Assembly (NCBI GenBank): GCA_950097015.1
Contig: CATNEN010000010.1
Span: 1,798,001 to 1,862,000 of the forward strand
Reading direction: 5' to 3'
DNA length: 64,000 nt
DNA from: Macrostomum hystrix
Lineage: Eukaryota > Animalia > Platyhelminthes
In this document: positions 41,166-52,955 of the stretch, piece after piece
Numbering within the stretch: position 1 is the stretch's first letter
Layout: every line of letters starts with the position of its first letter
Notes under the pieces: model-generated
The model's database searches: none
The model's input: only the letters and a program-made list of their open reading frames with translations
What the model was told of the DNA's origin: nothing
Position numbers and translations under genes: made by a program

Positions 41166-43694
41166 TCACTGCGGCGGCGGCGATATCAGCGGCAGCACCA
41201 GCTCCTGGGTCTGCAGAGGCGCTAGCCTCCGCCAACGTCGCATCTCGCGACCTTTTGAAGGGAATAACAGCTATCAGCTGGTTATCCTAACAGCTATCAG
41301 CTGGTTATCCTAACAGCTATCAGCTGGTTATCCTAACAGCTATCAGCTGGTTATCCTAACAGCTATCAGCTGGTTATCCTAACAGCTATCAGCTGGTTAT
41401 CCTAACAGCTATCAGCTGGTTATCCTAACAGCTATCAGCTGGTTATCCTAACAGCTATCAGCTGGTTATCCTAACAGATAACCAGCCTGACCTCCCCGAG
41501 ACACTGACCTCCCCGATCGCCGCTCCGAGTCTGAAGTCGTCCGTTCGTGTCGACGCCGCCGCGGGCCGAAGCTTCGTCGTCATCACGCCGACGATCACGT
41601 CTCCGTCTCGAACGTCGTAGCTGCTCAGCGTCGCCAACATCGCCGGAAAGCGGTGGCAGACGCCGATGCCCGGCGCTGCCGCCTCCGATGGCAGCGTCCG
41701 CTGACATGACGGAGCTGACGCTGCCACGCGAAGGTCGAGATAGCCGACGGCCGAGCAGACCGAGGTCGGTGGCGCCTCCGCAGGCGGGCGCATCGACTGC
41801 CGGCTGTTGGAAAACCAGCTCGAAGCCGCCTGTGTCACTCTGCCTGTCTTGCCTGCGGTCAATGATCACTGCAAGACACAAAACAGCTGACACTGGTCAG
41901 AATCGTCTGACACTGGTCAGAGGTATCTGACACTGGTCAGAGTTATCTGACACTGGTCAGAGTTATCTGACACTGGTCAGGATCGTCTGACACTGGTCAG
42001 AGTCATCTGAAACTCATCAGAACCGTTTGACACTCGTCAGGATCGTCATACACTCGTCAGGATCGTCTGACACTCGTCAAGATCGTCATACACTCGTCAG
42101 GATCGTCTGATACTAATCAGAATCATCAAAATCAACTGCTCATTCAGTCCTCACCTTTGAGCACATCTTCCTGAACGCAGCGGCAGAGCTCTGTGGTCAC
42201 CTCAGTCGATGGGGACATGGTGGGACTGGAGTTGATCTCCAGAAGCCAAGGCTGGTAGGTGTCGGAGATCATGAAGTCAGCTCCGTACAGCTCGAATGAG
42301 TTCTGAAATGACAGAAGCTTGCAATTAGACGAGCCCAATGTGCTGAGCGCATAAGCGATGGATCAACTGACCTTCCGCATGTCCACGTGCTCCTGGCCGC
42401 ACAACAGGCAGCTGATCACCGCCCGCTGCATTCCCGGCTTGATGACTTCATCGAACACTCCCGGCTGGCCGAGCTTCTTCAGGTGCGCCTTGAAGCTGTC
42501 GGAGTGCCAGATGTTCTCCTTGGGCAGGTCGGCGTGGCGCCCTGCTGTGTTCTCGTACTTGTACTGGATGGAGTTGTTCGACAGGTGCACCGCCCTGCGG
42601 GGAGGCATTTTATGGCGCGTGTTTGATTATGGATATTGGGGAATAGAGACTGTTGGGATTAGAGACTGTTGGGAATAGAGACTGTTGGGAATAGAGACTG
42701 TTGGGAATAGAGACTGTTGGGATTAGAGACTGTTGGGAATAGAGACTGTTGGGAATAGAGACTGTTGGGAATAGAGACTGTTGGGAATAGAGACTGTTGG
42801 AAATAGAGACTGTTGGGAATAGGTTTGGGGAATTTCCCCCCTAGAAGCCGCAGTACAAATCGCTGCTTACTCATTGAAGTCGCTCATTGTGAAGTGCTGC
42901 GAACAGAAACGGACATAGCTAGCCCGGTACCACCACACTGTCAGCGGGTTGAAGTCCGTGACCAGAAACCACTGCCTGATGTCAAACTTAGTCCGGTGGA
43001 TCAGCAGGGGCCTCTCGATGTACTTTTGTGCCACCAGTTTGCTGGACTCCACAGTCACCGCGCCGCCAGACAATGCGGCCTCCACCGCGTCCAGGGTGCT
43101 GACGCAGGCGATGCCGCGGCCGCGGGACCGGCCGCCCGGCTTCAGCAGCCAGACGCTACGACAGCCGTCGATGTCGAACTGGGGGTAGACCGACCGCAGC
43201 CGGCTGCAGAGGTCGCGGCAGCGGCTTCGCAGGTTCGAGTCGCAGTCGGCGATCTGAACTCCTCGGCTGCTCAGGGAAGAGGAAAAGGACAGATGGGGAG
43301 ATTCTCACTCTGAGCCATCCTTGTGCGAGACATTTTCTCATTGAGAATGAAACAAAGACTCACTGAGCCACTCGATAATAGGACTGTAGAAATGTGTTCC
43401 ACTGCGAGTCGGAGAGAACACCGGACTGCAAAGAGTCGTAGAATAGGACAGTTGAACTATTGGAATTAATAAAATTATTATTTTACTTCGGCTTAAAGTG
43501 TGACCACTCACACTACTGTCCCAGCCGTCCAGATCGTCGTGACTCCGGAGACGCAGCAGTCTTTCGCACTGTTCGATTGCCGTCTCCAGCACGGACCTCG
43601 GCACCGGGGCCTCAAAACCAGCATCCGGACCGGGATTGGTGAACTGAATGCTTGGAGTGACTGAAGTGGAGGGTTAGGGAACGTACAGCTCTTA

Positions 43695-43763
<69 letters not shown>

Positions 43764-45291
43764 CTCTTCTTTCCGCCTTTGCCCTTGACAGCGGCTGACG
43801 CCGAGGACTTCTTAGGCGACGGCGAAGCGGCCGGTCCAGCTGAGGCATCGCCGGAGTCGGCAAGCTCGTGAATGCCCGCCTCGCCCACCAGACGGAGCAG
43901 CGACATGCAGGCGGTCTGGCGAAAGTCGTCTGTAGGTGGCGAGAGGGTAGAAAATCGCCAACGCTTCTTTAAAAACAAACTGAAATCCAAACTCACGGAC
44001 GAGGTTCTCAAGGAACCGGGGCTGCTCACCCACAAACTCTGCCCGATCCTCATCGGAGCTGAGCACGTAGCAGCGCGGATAGAAGCTGTCGGAGGTGCCG
44101 GACTCAAACCAGGGCAGCTGGCGCAGCGACTGGCACAGGCCGGACTTTGTGGTGAGACAGGCCGCTCTGGCGAAATGGTTCAGCATCTGGTCGCGCTGGA
44201 GGCCTTGATAGTTGACCTGGTCCAGGTGCAGAGTCCAGATGAGACTAGGCTGCGTGCTTTTGATCATGTGCGACTGCGGAGAATGCGAAATGAGCCACAG
44301 CTCAGAGCATGCCAGCTGCGCGAGTGTTTCGTTTTTAATTTCCGGCAATAAGCATCATGGAGAGTGCGCATATAGTGCTATATTAGTATTGAGAATTTCT
44401 TCTGTTAGGAATGCAGCGTAGAATGAAACCTCAGCGACAGCTCAGTGTGGGGCCTCTGCAGTCCGCCTGCACTTAGTGAAACTGATACTGTAGCAAAGCA
44501 GAAGTCAGGAGGTCGATTCAAACCGATTCAAGACAGACAGACAGACAGCATACCATGAGCTGGTGAATTCCATTGTCATCATCAGTCGCGATTTCGGCCG
44601 TCTCTCCATCGATACCTGCCTCGCCGTCGCCGTCATCATCTGGCTCGTCACCATCGCCGTCATCGTCATCGGCGCCAGCTGCCGCAGACCCTGCGACGCC
44701 GCGTCGGCGCCTCCTCCTCGCCGCAGGCGCTCCCGGTTTCCGCGGCAGCAGCTTCTCCACCCAGCCCCGCCGGCGCATGAATTCCCGTATCCAGGGGTAC
44801 GGCCCGCTGACGCTGAACACGTGGCCGTCACGGATGGCTGCGTCCGCTGCCTCCTTGGCCCGGCGACTGCGGGCACTGACGAAGCCGGCGCAGTTGCCGC
44901 CGAGGTGATCGCGCTGCTGCTGCCGGGGGCTCTGTCTTGGCAGGTCATCGGTGGTGGCAGGGGGTGCCTGGAATTGTAAATGAAGGAGCAACCAATGATA
45001 AACATAAAAAAGCTTTGATTTCAGTTTATCATTGATTTTTCAGCCTTCTGCCAACTAAAGGCAGCTCACAGAGGATTTTGCTGCCAAAACCTTTGTCGCC
45101 CGTCGCGCATTCGGAGGCATCGAACGGCTGCGGCTAACTGCGGACTCCTGGCTGGGCAATGCTTTTCTTTCGCCTAATCTCGCACCCTTGCCGAGGGTGA
45201 AGTTGGCCGGTGTCTTCTGCTTCTGCTGCTCCGGCTTTGCTTGCCTGTTCGAGTTGGACTGTTCCTCGATCGGCGCTGAAGCGGCCTCCAT
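41166..45291 (-). CDS. TTLL3: Tubulin monoglycylase TTLL3/TTLL8 family, 11 exons, about 822 aa
   Basis: Phase-consistent GT-AG model (-): 45291-45070, 44967-44554, 44273-44030, 43929-43765, 43660-43512, 43425-43364, 43266-42871, 42594-42372, 42302-42155, 41868-41509, 41251-41166 (2469 nt). TTLL3/8 motifs: [118 protein letters not shown]. The first and last exons are less certain, and TTLL3 vs TTLL8 is not resolvable. Confidence 0.92.
41267..41486. repeat. 23-bp minisatellite (AACAGCTATCAGCTGGTTATCCT), about 9 copies, in TTLL3 intron 10
   Basis: Perfect copies. The array ends in a 10-bp stem hairpin GCTGGTTATC-CTAACA-GATAACCAGC (41461-41486). Confidence 0.95.
41887..42121. repeat. 20-bp minisatellite (CTGACACTGGTCAGAATCGT-like) in TTLL3 intron 9
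   Basis: About 11 diverging copies. Confidence 0.9.
42636..42821. repeat. 16-bp minisatellite (GTTGGGAATAGAGACT) in TTLL3 intron 7
   Basis: About 11 copies. Confidence 0.93.
43695..43761. repeat. (TAC)22 / (TAG)n microsatellite starting inside the intron 4 donor of TTLL3
   Basis: On the - strand it reads GTGAGTAGTAGTAG... Confidence 0.95.
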
Positions 45292-47255
45292 TTATTCCTC
45301 AAGTTAGGGACGAGGAACTCAGCGAGGGAAGACAAGCGTTGAACTGTAAATAAATGCCAGATGAGGTCAAATGTTCAGTCTTAAAGGGTTATAAAAATGT
45401 CACATTTATTACAAACTAATTGATTACAAAATCTAAATTACAAATAAAAACTTTGTAGATAAGATAGCTTATTATAATAAGCTGCAAAGATTCCAACAAA
45501 CTACCAGTAAAATTCAACCTAAGCTTTGTTGCTTTAAATAAAAACGTGAACTATGGTCGTATACAAAATCCATTATTTATATTCAATCCTCATAACTGTA
45601 TGTATAAGTAGTCTACTTTTACTGCAAATCATTAAAGAATGTTTTGATTTTTACTCAATAACTGTATATTATATTGACCATTGTTAAATATGATTTAAAT
45701 TGTAAGACAAAGGGTAAATTTATAATTAACTTAAACACCAATGAAATCTATTGAATGTTAGAATAATTTTTTAACCGTGTGATTCACAATGATGAAGCAA
45801 ATACACTGCCTAGGCAATATGTTAGAAGCTCATATTGTACTTGTTGCGCTATAATAACAAAGTTAGTTTTTACTTGATAGAATACTTCATAAAAATATAA
45901 CTGTTATATAATGGCAAACAAAAAAGACAGCTATATGTATCAAATGTGACATGTTCGTCAAATCTGAGACAGATTCGTCACATGTGTCAACGAACATAAT
46001 TTAAACAATCTAGCTACACACGAGAAGGTTTAATCTATTTTATTAATTTCTGAGTCATAAGTTAAAAATTATTTTAGCGTCCACAAAGCTTAACGTTAAA
46101 GCAGAAAAGGTATGCCGAATTTTCTTATGACTTTTGCTCACGTGAAAGACCAAGTAAGAAGTAAGCTAAATGTGGCTAAATAGTTAGCAGAACAGACTCT
46201 AACTTTCTTAAAACACAAAAAACCCGGAAAGTCATCTGTATTATTTATATTATCCTCTAAATTGGCTCCTGTTTGCATTTATTTTTCTTTTTCACATCTT
46301 TAGTTGCAGCCAATGACTCTGCTGTACCATCGAGACGATACAGAACTAAATTCAACTTAGGGCCTTTTTCGCTACGATTGCATTCACAAAATAATGCTTT
46401 AAGAATCTTGTGAAACCCGGTGTTTTTTTGAAATACAGAAATATATTGTCTCGTATTTATTAAAGATTTTTCAAATAAATTGGCTTTGCAGATTTCTATG
46501 CAATAAGAACTGAGTTGTGTTAAAGTTAAGTAATATCTTGTATTAGTATTGTATGCGAACTCAACATTTTTAGTTCTTGAAGTGGTCTGATTTTTAAAGA
46601 AAATGCAAATTAATATAAAAATCGGACTTTTAACAATCAAACTATTTTCCCGTAATTAGTGAAGCGATAAATAAGCAACAGATGTCCTTGGTATATGCAT
46701 GCTCAATAACTTTATTGCATTAATTTTCGCAGCAAGTTGTAGTGACTCTTCTACCCTAAGGTATATAATGGTAAAATGTAAAAGGATTAAGAGAAAAGTA
46801 AAAAAATACCAATCTGAATTTCCCATGATACGATGTGGATGTTTTCCTGTGAATTTTTCTTTACTATAAAGTAAAGCTATTTAAATAGCGACTATCAAAT
46901 ATGCTTGTGCAGATACAATTTTGTTAATTAGACAGTGCTACATAAAAACGCAAAATTTGACGGAATCAACGAGTTGAAAAGACGGCAGTCTATGAGCAAC
47001 ATGCAACTTTCGATCGCAGTGATATAGTTCGCTCTCAGCTCTCCAACTTTACAAAGCACTACTAAGAGTAGAAAACATGTGTGCAAAAGTTGAAGAATTT
47101 CGGGGAATAGTAGAAAATCTACGAGTAGTAAAAATATCTACCTATTGAACAGCTCTATACGTTTGATAATCCGCTCTACATGAATCGGGCTCCTGGCCTT
47201 TTCTAGCAACTCATGGGTCAGTATTATTATTCGCGCATTCTAGCTCGGAAATATT

Positions 47256-47813
47256 CTAGCAGTATCGCACGCTTGGCGGGTCGGCGCGCCTGTAGTAGAA
47301 CGGCTTGCAACCGTAGGGCCAGCCCAGCGTCAGGTCGTCATACGAGGTGCAGTTGGAGAGCGGAACCGGACCCACCGGCCGACGATAGCTTGCCGAAGGA
47401 AATTCCATCAGATCGCCTGGGTAGCCGGCAGCCGTCGATTTTCTGGCGCACGATTTCGACAATGACGACGTCGGCTTGGAAGCTGCTGCCGCCGTCGAAG
47501 TAGCCGAGGACTTGGCGGCTGCGTTTGCTTTCGAGCCACCCGAAGCTCCTTGAGCGAAGGCGGACAGGCCATCGCGATAGCCCTGGCTGTAGTGCAGGCG
47601 GTCCAGTCTGTCGCCATAGTAGTAGTTGTAGTAAAAGTCGTCATAGTAATAATACGGAGGCCTCGGTAGACACAGCTGTGGCGGTAGCAGCGGCCAGGCC
47701 GACAATGGCTGTCCGAGCTGCCACTTCAGGCAGTCCACTGTGGCCCGATGCTCAAACTCGGACTCGGCCAGGACAGGGTTGAACGCAATGAAGCCGTCGG
47801 CAGCTGCTGACAT
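47256..47813 (-). CDS. Orphan Tyr/Pro-rich protein, 185 aa, unknown function
   Basis: ATG at 47813; GC-rich ORF in AT-rich surroundings; TATA-like TATTTAAATA at ~47991-48000; YYYYDDFYYNYYYGD tract. No family recognised. Confidence 0.55.
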   Translation of the reverse strand: MSAAADGFIAFNPVLAESEFEHRATVDCLKWQLGQPLSAWPLLPPQLCLPRPPYYYYDDFYYNYYYGDRLDRLHYSQGYRDGLSAFAQGASGGSKANAAAKSSATSTAAAASKPTSSLSKSCARKSTAAGYPGDLMEFPSASYRRPVGPVPLSNCTSYDDLTLGWPYGCKPFYYRRADPPSVRYC

Positions 47814-48627
47814 GACTACAGATGGGCGAACTGTTCTAAAGTACAAAAGCTCAAGGATTGAAGCACTGTTAGCCTAATTTCCTAGAATGCAGTTTCTTTA
47901 ATTTCGGAAATCTTACCTTGCACTGCCTAACGGCGAGCTGAAATCTGATCTGACGTAGGGCGAGTTTGAGTGTGCGCGATGGCCGGGCTGTATTTAAATA
48001 GCCTAAAGCAGATGGGCTTTGAGCCGCATTCAACTCCAAGCTGCACAGTAGCGAAGAGACGCACAAATAGTTTTAGGCTTGAGCTTGCACTGTTGAGAAG
48101 CCAGGGCGAGAGACAGTAGGTGAGACACTCCGTATCCCCCGCTGTGCAAATGCGTCAGCCTCTGCCATTTCAATACTGGCTGCCCAGCAGCTTTCGAGGG
48201 CAGCCTTTGGTTTGGGAGAGCTGAACAATGCCATTTGACAGCCAGAATGCTAATGAAAACCAAGCCGCTGCCTCACTGTGTGCTCAGGGCTTTTCTTAAT
48301 TTTATTTGCCTCGAGTTGTTCGAGCAGGGCAAAGGTAGCTGGTCTGCTCACACTCGGAACACACAGGCTCAGTTCTGAGCTGAGCTCACTCATTGTGACA
48401 GCCGGAGAGTGAAGGTAGATGGAGACAGCAGCGACAGTGGAGGTCCCATGCCATTCAGTGCAAAGAGCTGTTCGCTATATGTTCACATCATGCAACAGGT
48501 TATCTCTTAGCATAGCGAGGGTCGCGAGATGAAGCCCGCTTGCTCAGGAAGGGAGAAGGGAGTTAAGGGAGCCTTATCCCTTCGTCTATTTCTGCCATAG
48601 ACTATGATGCTAAGCATTAAGTTTTAA

Positions 48628-49203
48628 CAGTAGGACTACCAAACCATTTCGCCGCCCTAGTTTGGGGCTCTGGGACTCCATAGCCAGCTGGAGGCACTCT
48701 GCTGACGATGCTCATGGCGCCGGGGTGTTGACTGATTCATTGACAGACTAGGCGAGGGTTCTGTGGTTGAACTTCGTCCCATATTGAGGCTTGATCAGCG
48801 AAATAGGAGATATTTGCACCAGGGTGTCCATATTCGGCTCGTGCCACTTGTTGAAGGTCCAGCAGCTCCGACTAGATAAAGCTGCGTGAACACCGAAGTC
48901 AGAGATGATGCAGGCACATTCGGGCGACGTGCTGATCAAGTTCGAAGGCTGGCAAGGCCGCACTGAGGTGCAGTACACGTTTGTGTATAGGGTGTATGAA
49001 ATAGATTAGCTCTTATGGGAAGAATCTGACCTCCGGCCAGAACTGTTGAATATCTCGATGATCTGAAGGGCCGGCGACATGATTCTTGTTTCAGAAGATG
49101 CACACCAAAATTTGGTTCGTGTTCTTACATTTCGTGAGCTTGTGTTGCTCCGCTCGGGTGCAGCACAAAAATTGTCAGGGATCTCCCCTTGGTAGTTGTA
49201 CTG
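48628..49203 (-). mobile_element. 576-bp TTAA-flanked MITE-like element, same family as 37815-38816
   Basis: TTAA at 48624-48627 and 49204-49207. 15-bp TIRs CAGTAGGACTACCAA / TTGGTAGTTGTACTG (13/15 match). The body is the diverged reverse complement of ~37815-38350. Confidence 0.82.
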
Positions 49204-49644
49204 TTAAAGTGCAAAGTGTCAGCCACATTGAATTGGTGTTCTGTTAGTCTAACGGTCTCAGCTTAGTCAAACAGGTGACAAATTTCAGCTCATGTCTCAC
49301 AGACGCAGCAATGACAGATGGGTTGAAAAAATTGGGATTCCCAACGGAGAAGTCGAATTCAAGCAATAAAGCGAAAAGTACGAGTTAAACAAATCTGCCA
49401 ATTTGTTGATTAAAATGAGCTTTTTCTTTCACAAAAATCTGAAAAAAAGGACTCAAATGTAACGGATTTTGACACGGTAAAATGAGCTTTGCTAACATCT
49501 GCTCAGAATTTCCGGCCAAACCTGAGAGTCGCATTGCAATTCTGCTTGAGCAGTCAGATGACAGATTGGTATCTTCATGTAGCAGCTTCTGCTCTGCTCA
49601 CAGCGGATGACAGCCAACATTTTTTTTCCTCAATTTTGCATTGC

Positions 49645-51114
49645 AGTCTCTCTCCCTCATTACAATCTCTCTCTCCCTCATTACAGCCTCTCCCTCATTA
49701 CAGCCTCTCCCTCATTACAGCCTCTCCCTCATTACAATCTCTCTCTCCCTCATTACAATCTCTCTCTCCCTCATTACAGCCTCTCCCTCATTACAATCTC
49801 TCTCTCCCTCATTACAATCTCTCTCTCCCTCATTACAGCCTCTCCCTCATTACAGTCACTCTCCCTCATTACATTCTCTCCCTCATTACATTCTCTCCCT
49901 CATTACATTCTCTCCCTCATTACAGTCCCTCTCCCTCATTACAGTCCCTCTCCCTCATTACATTCTATCCCTCATTACAGTCCCTCTCCCTCATTACATT
50001 CTCTCCCTCATTACAGTCCCTCTCCCTCATTACAATCTCTCTCCCCCTCATTACAGCCTCTCCCTCATTACATTCTCTCCCTCATTACAATCTCTCTCTC
50101 CCTCATTACAATCTCTCTCTCCCTCATTACAGCCTCTCCCTCATTACAATCTCTCTCTCCCTCATTACAATCTCTCTCTCCCTCATTACAGCCTCTCCCT
50201 CATTACAATCTCTCTCTCCCTCATTACAATCTCTCTCTCCCTCATTACAATCTCTCTCTCCCTCATTACAGCCTCTCCCTCATTACAGTCACTCTCCCTC
50301 ATTACATTCTCTCCCTCATTACATTCTCTCCCTCATTACAGTCCCTCTCCCTCATTACATTCTATCCCTCATTACAGTCCCTCTCCCTCATTACATTCTC
50401 TCCCTCATTACAGTCCCTCTCCCTCATTACAATCTCTCTCTCCCTCATTACAGCCTCTCCCTCATTACATTCTCTCCCTCATTACAGTCCCTCTCCCTCA
50501 TTACAATCTCTCTCCCCCTCATTACAGCCTCTCCCTCATTACATTCTCTCCCTCATTACAGCCTCTCCCTCATTACATTCTCTCCCTAATTACATTCTCT
50601 CCCTCATTACATTCTCTCCCTCATTACATTCTCTCCCTCATTACAGTCACTCTCCTTCATTACAGTCACTCTCCCTCATTACATTCTCTCCCTCATTACA
50701 TTCTCTCCCTCATTACAGTCCCTCTCCCTCATTACAGTCCCTCTCCCTCATTACATTCTATCCCTCATTACAGTCCCTCTCCCTCATTACATTCTCTCCC
50801 TCATTACAGTCCCTCTCCCTCATTACATTCTCTCCCTCATTACAGTCCCTCTCCCTCATTACATTCTCTCCCTCATTACAGTCCCTCTCCCTCATTACAT
50901 TCTCTCCCTCATTACATTCTCTCCCTCATTACATTCTCTCCCTCATTACAGTCCCTCTCCCTCATTACATTCTCTCCCTCATTACATTCTCTCCCTCATT
51001 ACAGTCCCTCTCCCTCAATACAGTCTCTCTGTCATTACAGTTCCTCTTCCTCATTACAGTCTCTCTCCCTCATTACAGTCCCTCTCCCTCATTACATTCT
51101 CTCCCTCATTACAG
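49645..51114. repeat. Variable-unit (17/19/21-bp) pyrimidine-rich minisatellite built on CTCTCCCTCATTACA
   Basis: The constant core alternates with AT(CT)n, GC, TT and GTCC spacers. Confidence 0.95.
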
Positions 51115-51600
51115 CAATGCAATTATCTAAAGTACGAGTAGCCCACACACTTCATTCCTTTCGTCGGCTGTCATTCTTCCCGCAATGTCCCCAGTCTGCC
51201 GTTCCAGAGGGCGCACGGACAACTGCGCTGAAGGACGGGCTGGGGAGGCCGCAAATGAGATAAGACAGGCCTGCCATTCACTGCATGCAGCTGGCCCAAG
51301 TTGCCAGGGTCCTGTGTCCCATCGAATCATCTCTGGCTGGAAGTCGGGCGGAAGAGGGAGCAGAATTCCCCAATCCCCCACCCGCCACAGGTTGTCCCAG
51401 CTGCCTCAGATGAGACTAAAGCAGGAGGGATGAGAGGCTCAAACTCACGCGGCTCAAACTCCGATGCTCAGAGCTGGCCGATGGAAATGAAAGGAAACTG
51501 TTGATGGACTGGGCAGGTAGAAACAGGTAGAAAGAGGAAGGAGGAGAGGGTCAGACAGTAGAGGGTGAGACAGTGCAGGGGCAGTGGCTGTTTGCACTTG

Positions 51601-51905
51601 GCAGGAGGCAGGGGGCAGGGGATGCAGGGGGCAGGTGGCGGGAGGCAGGGGGCAGGGGCAGGAGGCAGGGAGCAGGAAGCAGGGGGCAGGAGGCATGAAG
51701 CAGGGAGCAGGGGGCAGGGGGCAGGAGGCAGGAAGCAGGGGGCAGGGGGCAGGAGGCAGAGGGCAGGGGGCAGGAAGCAGGGGGCAGGAAGCAGGGGACA
51801 GGAGGCAGGAAGCAGGGGGCAGGGGGCAGGAGGCAGGAAGCAGGGGGCAGGGGGCAGGAGGCAGGGGGCAGGAGGCAGGGGGCAGGGGGTAGGAAGCAGG
51901 GGGCA
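51601..51905 (+). repeat. G-rich degenerate 7-bp repeat (GGGGCAG / GGAGGCA / GGAAGCA)
   Basis: Many G4-G5 runs separated by short CA-containing loops. Confidence 0.9.
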
Positions 51906-52505
51906 GATGTCAGGCTTGTGGGCTCACCATCTAGAATTTAGGTATATCAGAGTGTCCTAACTTTTGTTTATTCGGCATTTATGCAGCTCCCTGTGAGTTT
52001 TCCCACACCGCAGCCAACCCGGCAGGGAGGTGGGTGACGAAGACTCTGGCCCCGCCCTAGGCTCCGGAGTCGCTCGGGTGGCTGGCTGGGTGAGCTGACG
52101 CTTGATAAGGGATTTCGTACAGATTTTGGAATTCCCGCCAATGGGCAGCTCCGGTACGGACTGAAGCCGCGCCGAGCGGGGGGAAGAGGGGGAAAAGCAC
52201 AAGGGGATCAAAGCGACTCCGCTATTCTCCTATCATCCCATCGGCTGCTCTTCCCCATTTACTTCTTCCCGGCTGACGGGGGTCCAGCCGTAAGGTGAGG
52301 CTCGGGGCAGGGAAGCACTTCTTAGAAAGCGACTAGATCGACATAGAAAGAGCAGAATCCGCAGACAAAATTCCTCCGATTGGGGATGCGAACTTTGTCG
52401 CGCTACTCACAGCGTCTCAAGTCCTGATCTCTTTGCCCAGACTCATTGCCAAATTACTCGACATTCAAGCAGCAACTCTTTGAATTCGCCATCATCATCA
52501 TCATC

Positions 52506-52955
52506 ATGGACGACTCGACGTCGGCGCCGCCAGCAGCTCCGAATCTGCCGGGAATTCGCATCGAGATCGAGGACAGCGGCGTAGAAGGCGCCGCCGCCGC
52601 TTCTTCCGCGGCCGCCCCGGACGCGCCCGAGCTTCGCCACTGCCATGTTCAACGACTGACGCCGCCGTCACCGCGCAGTTCCCGCTCGCGCTCGCTGCCC
52701 TCCGTGCACGAGAACGCCGAGCCCGAGGAGCTGCGCCGGCGTCTCGAACGCCTGAGCGCCGCCGCCGCGGCCAGCGCTGCGACCTCCGAGTCGGACGTCG
52801 GAGACTCGGGCGGAGCCGCACGGCTGCCGGCGGGCCAGGCGCAGCGACTGGCCATCGACACGATGCCGCTGCCGCCGGACGCTAATCGTGCCAGGCGGAA
52901 GTCCTTCGACTTTGTGGCGCTGCAGAATCTGGGCTCCATCAAGGAGCAAGACTGA
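52506..52955 (+). CDS. Orphan low-complexity, probably disordered protein, 149 aa, with linear signalling motifs
   Basis: ATG at 52506 (ATCATCATGG), GC-rich codon pattern, TGA at 52953-52955, polypyrimidine acceptor at 52440. Motifs PGIRIE, RSRSLP, RRKS. Confidence 0.6.
   Translation: MDDSTSAPPAAPNLPGIRIEIEDSGVEGAAAASSAAAPDAPELRHCHVQRLTPPSPRSSRSRSLPSVHENAEPEELRRRLERLSAAAAASAATSESDVGDSGGAARLPAGQAQRLAIDTMPLPPDANRARRKSFDFVALQNLGSIKEQD

Noticed and set aside
45346-45352. Forkhead/FoxJ1-like GTAAATA upstream of TTLL3
   Set aside because: A 7-mer in AT-rich DNA that also coincides with the acceptor-like site; not distinguishable from chance.
45400-47200. AT-rich tract with a 127-aa ORF (46257-46640)
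   Set aside because: Non-ATG start, composition-driven, and no TIRs or domains found; treated as intergenic.
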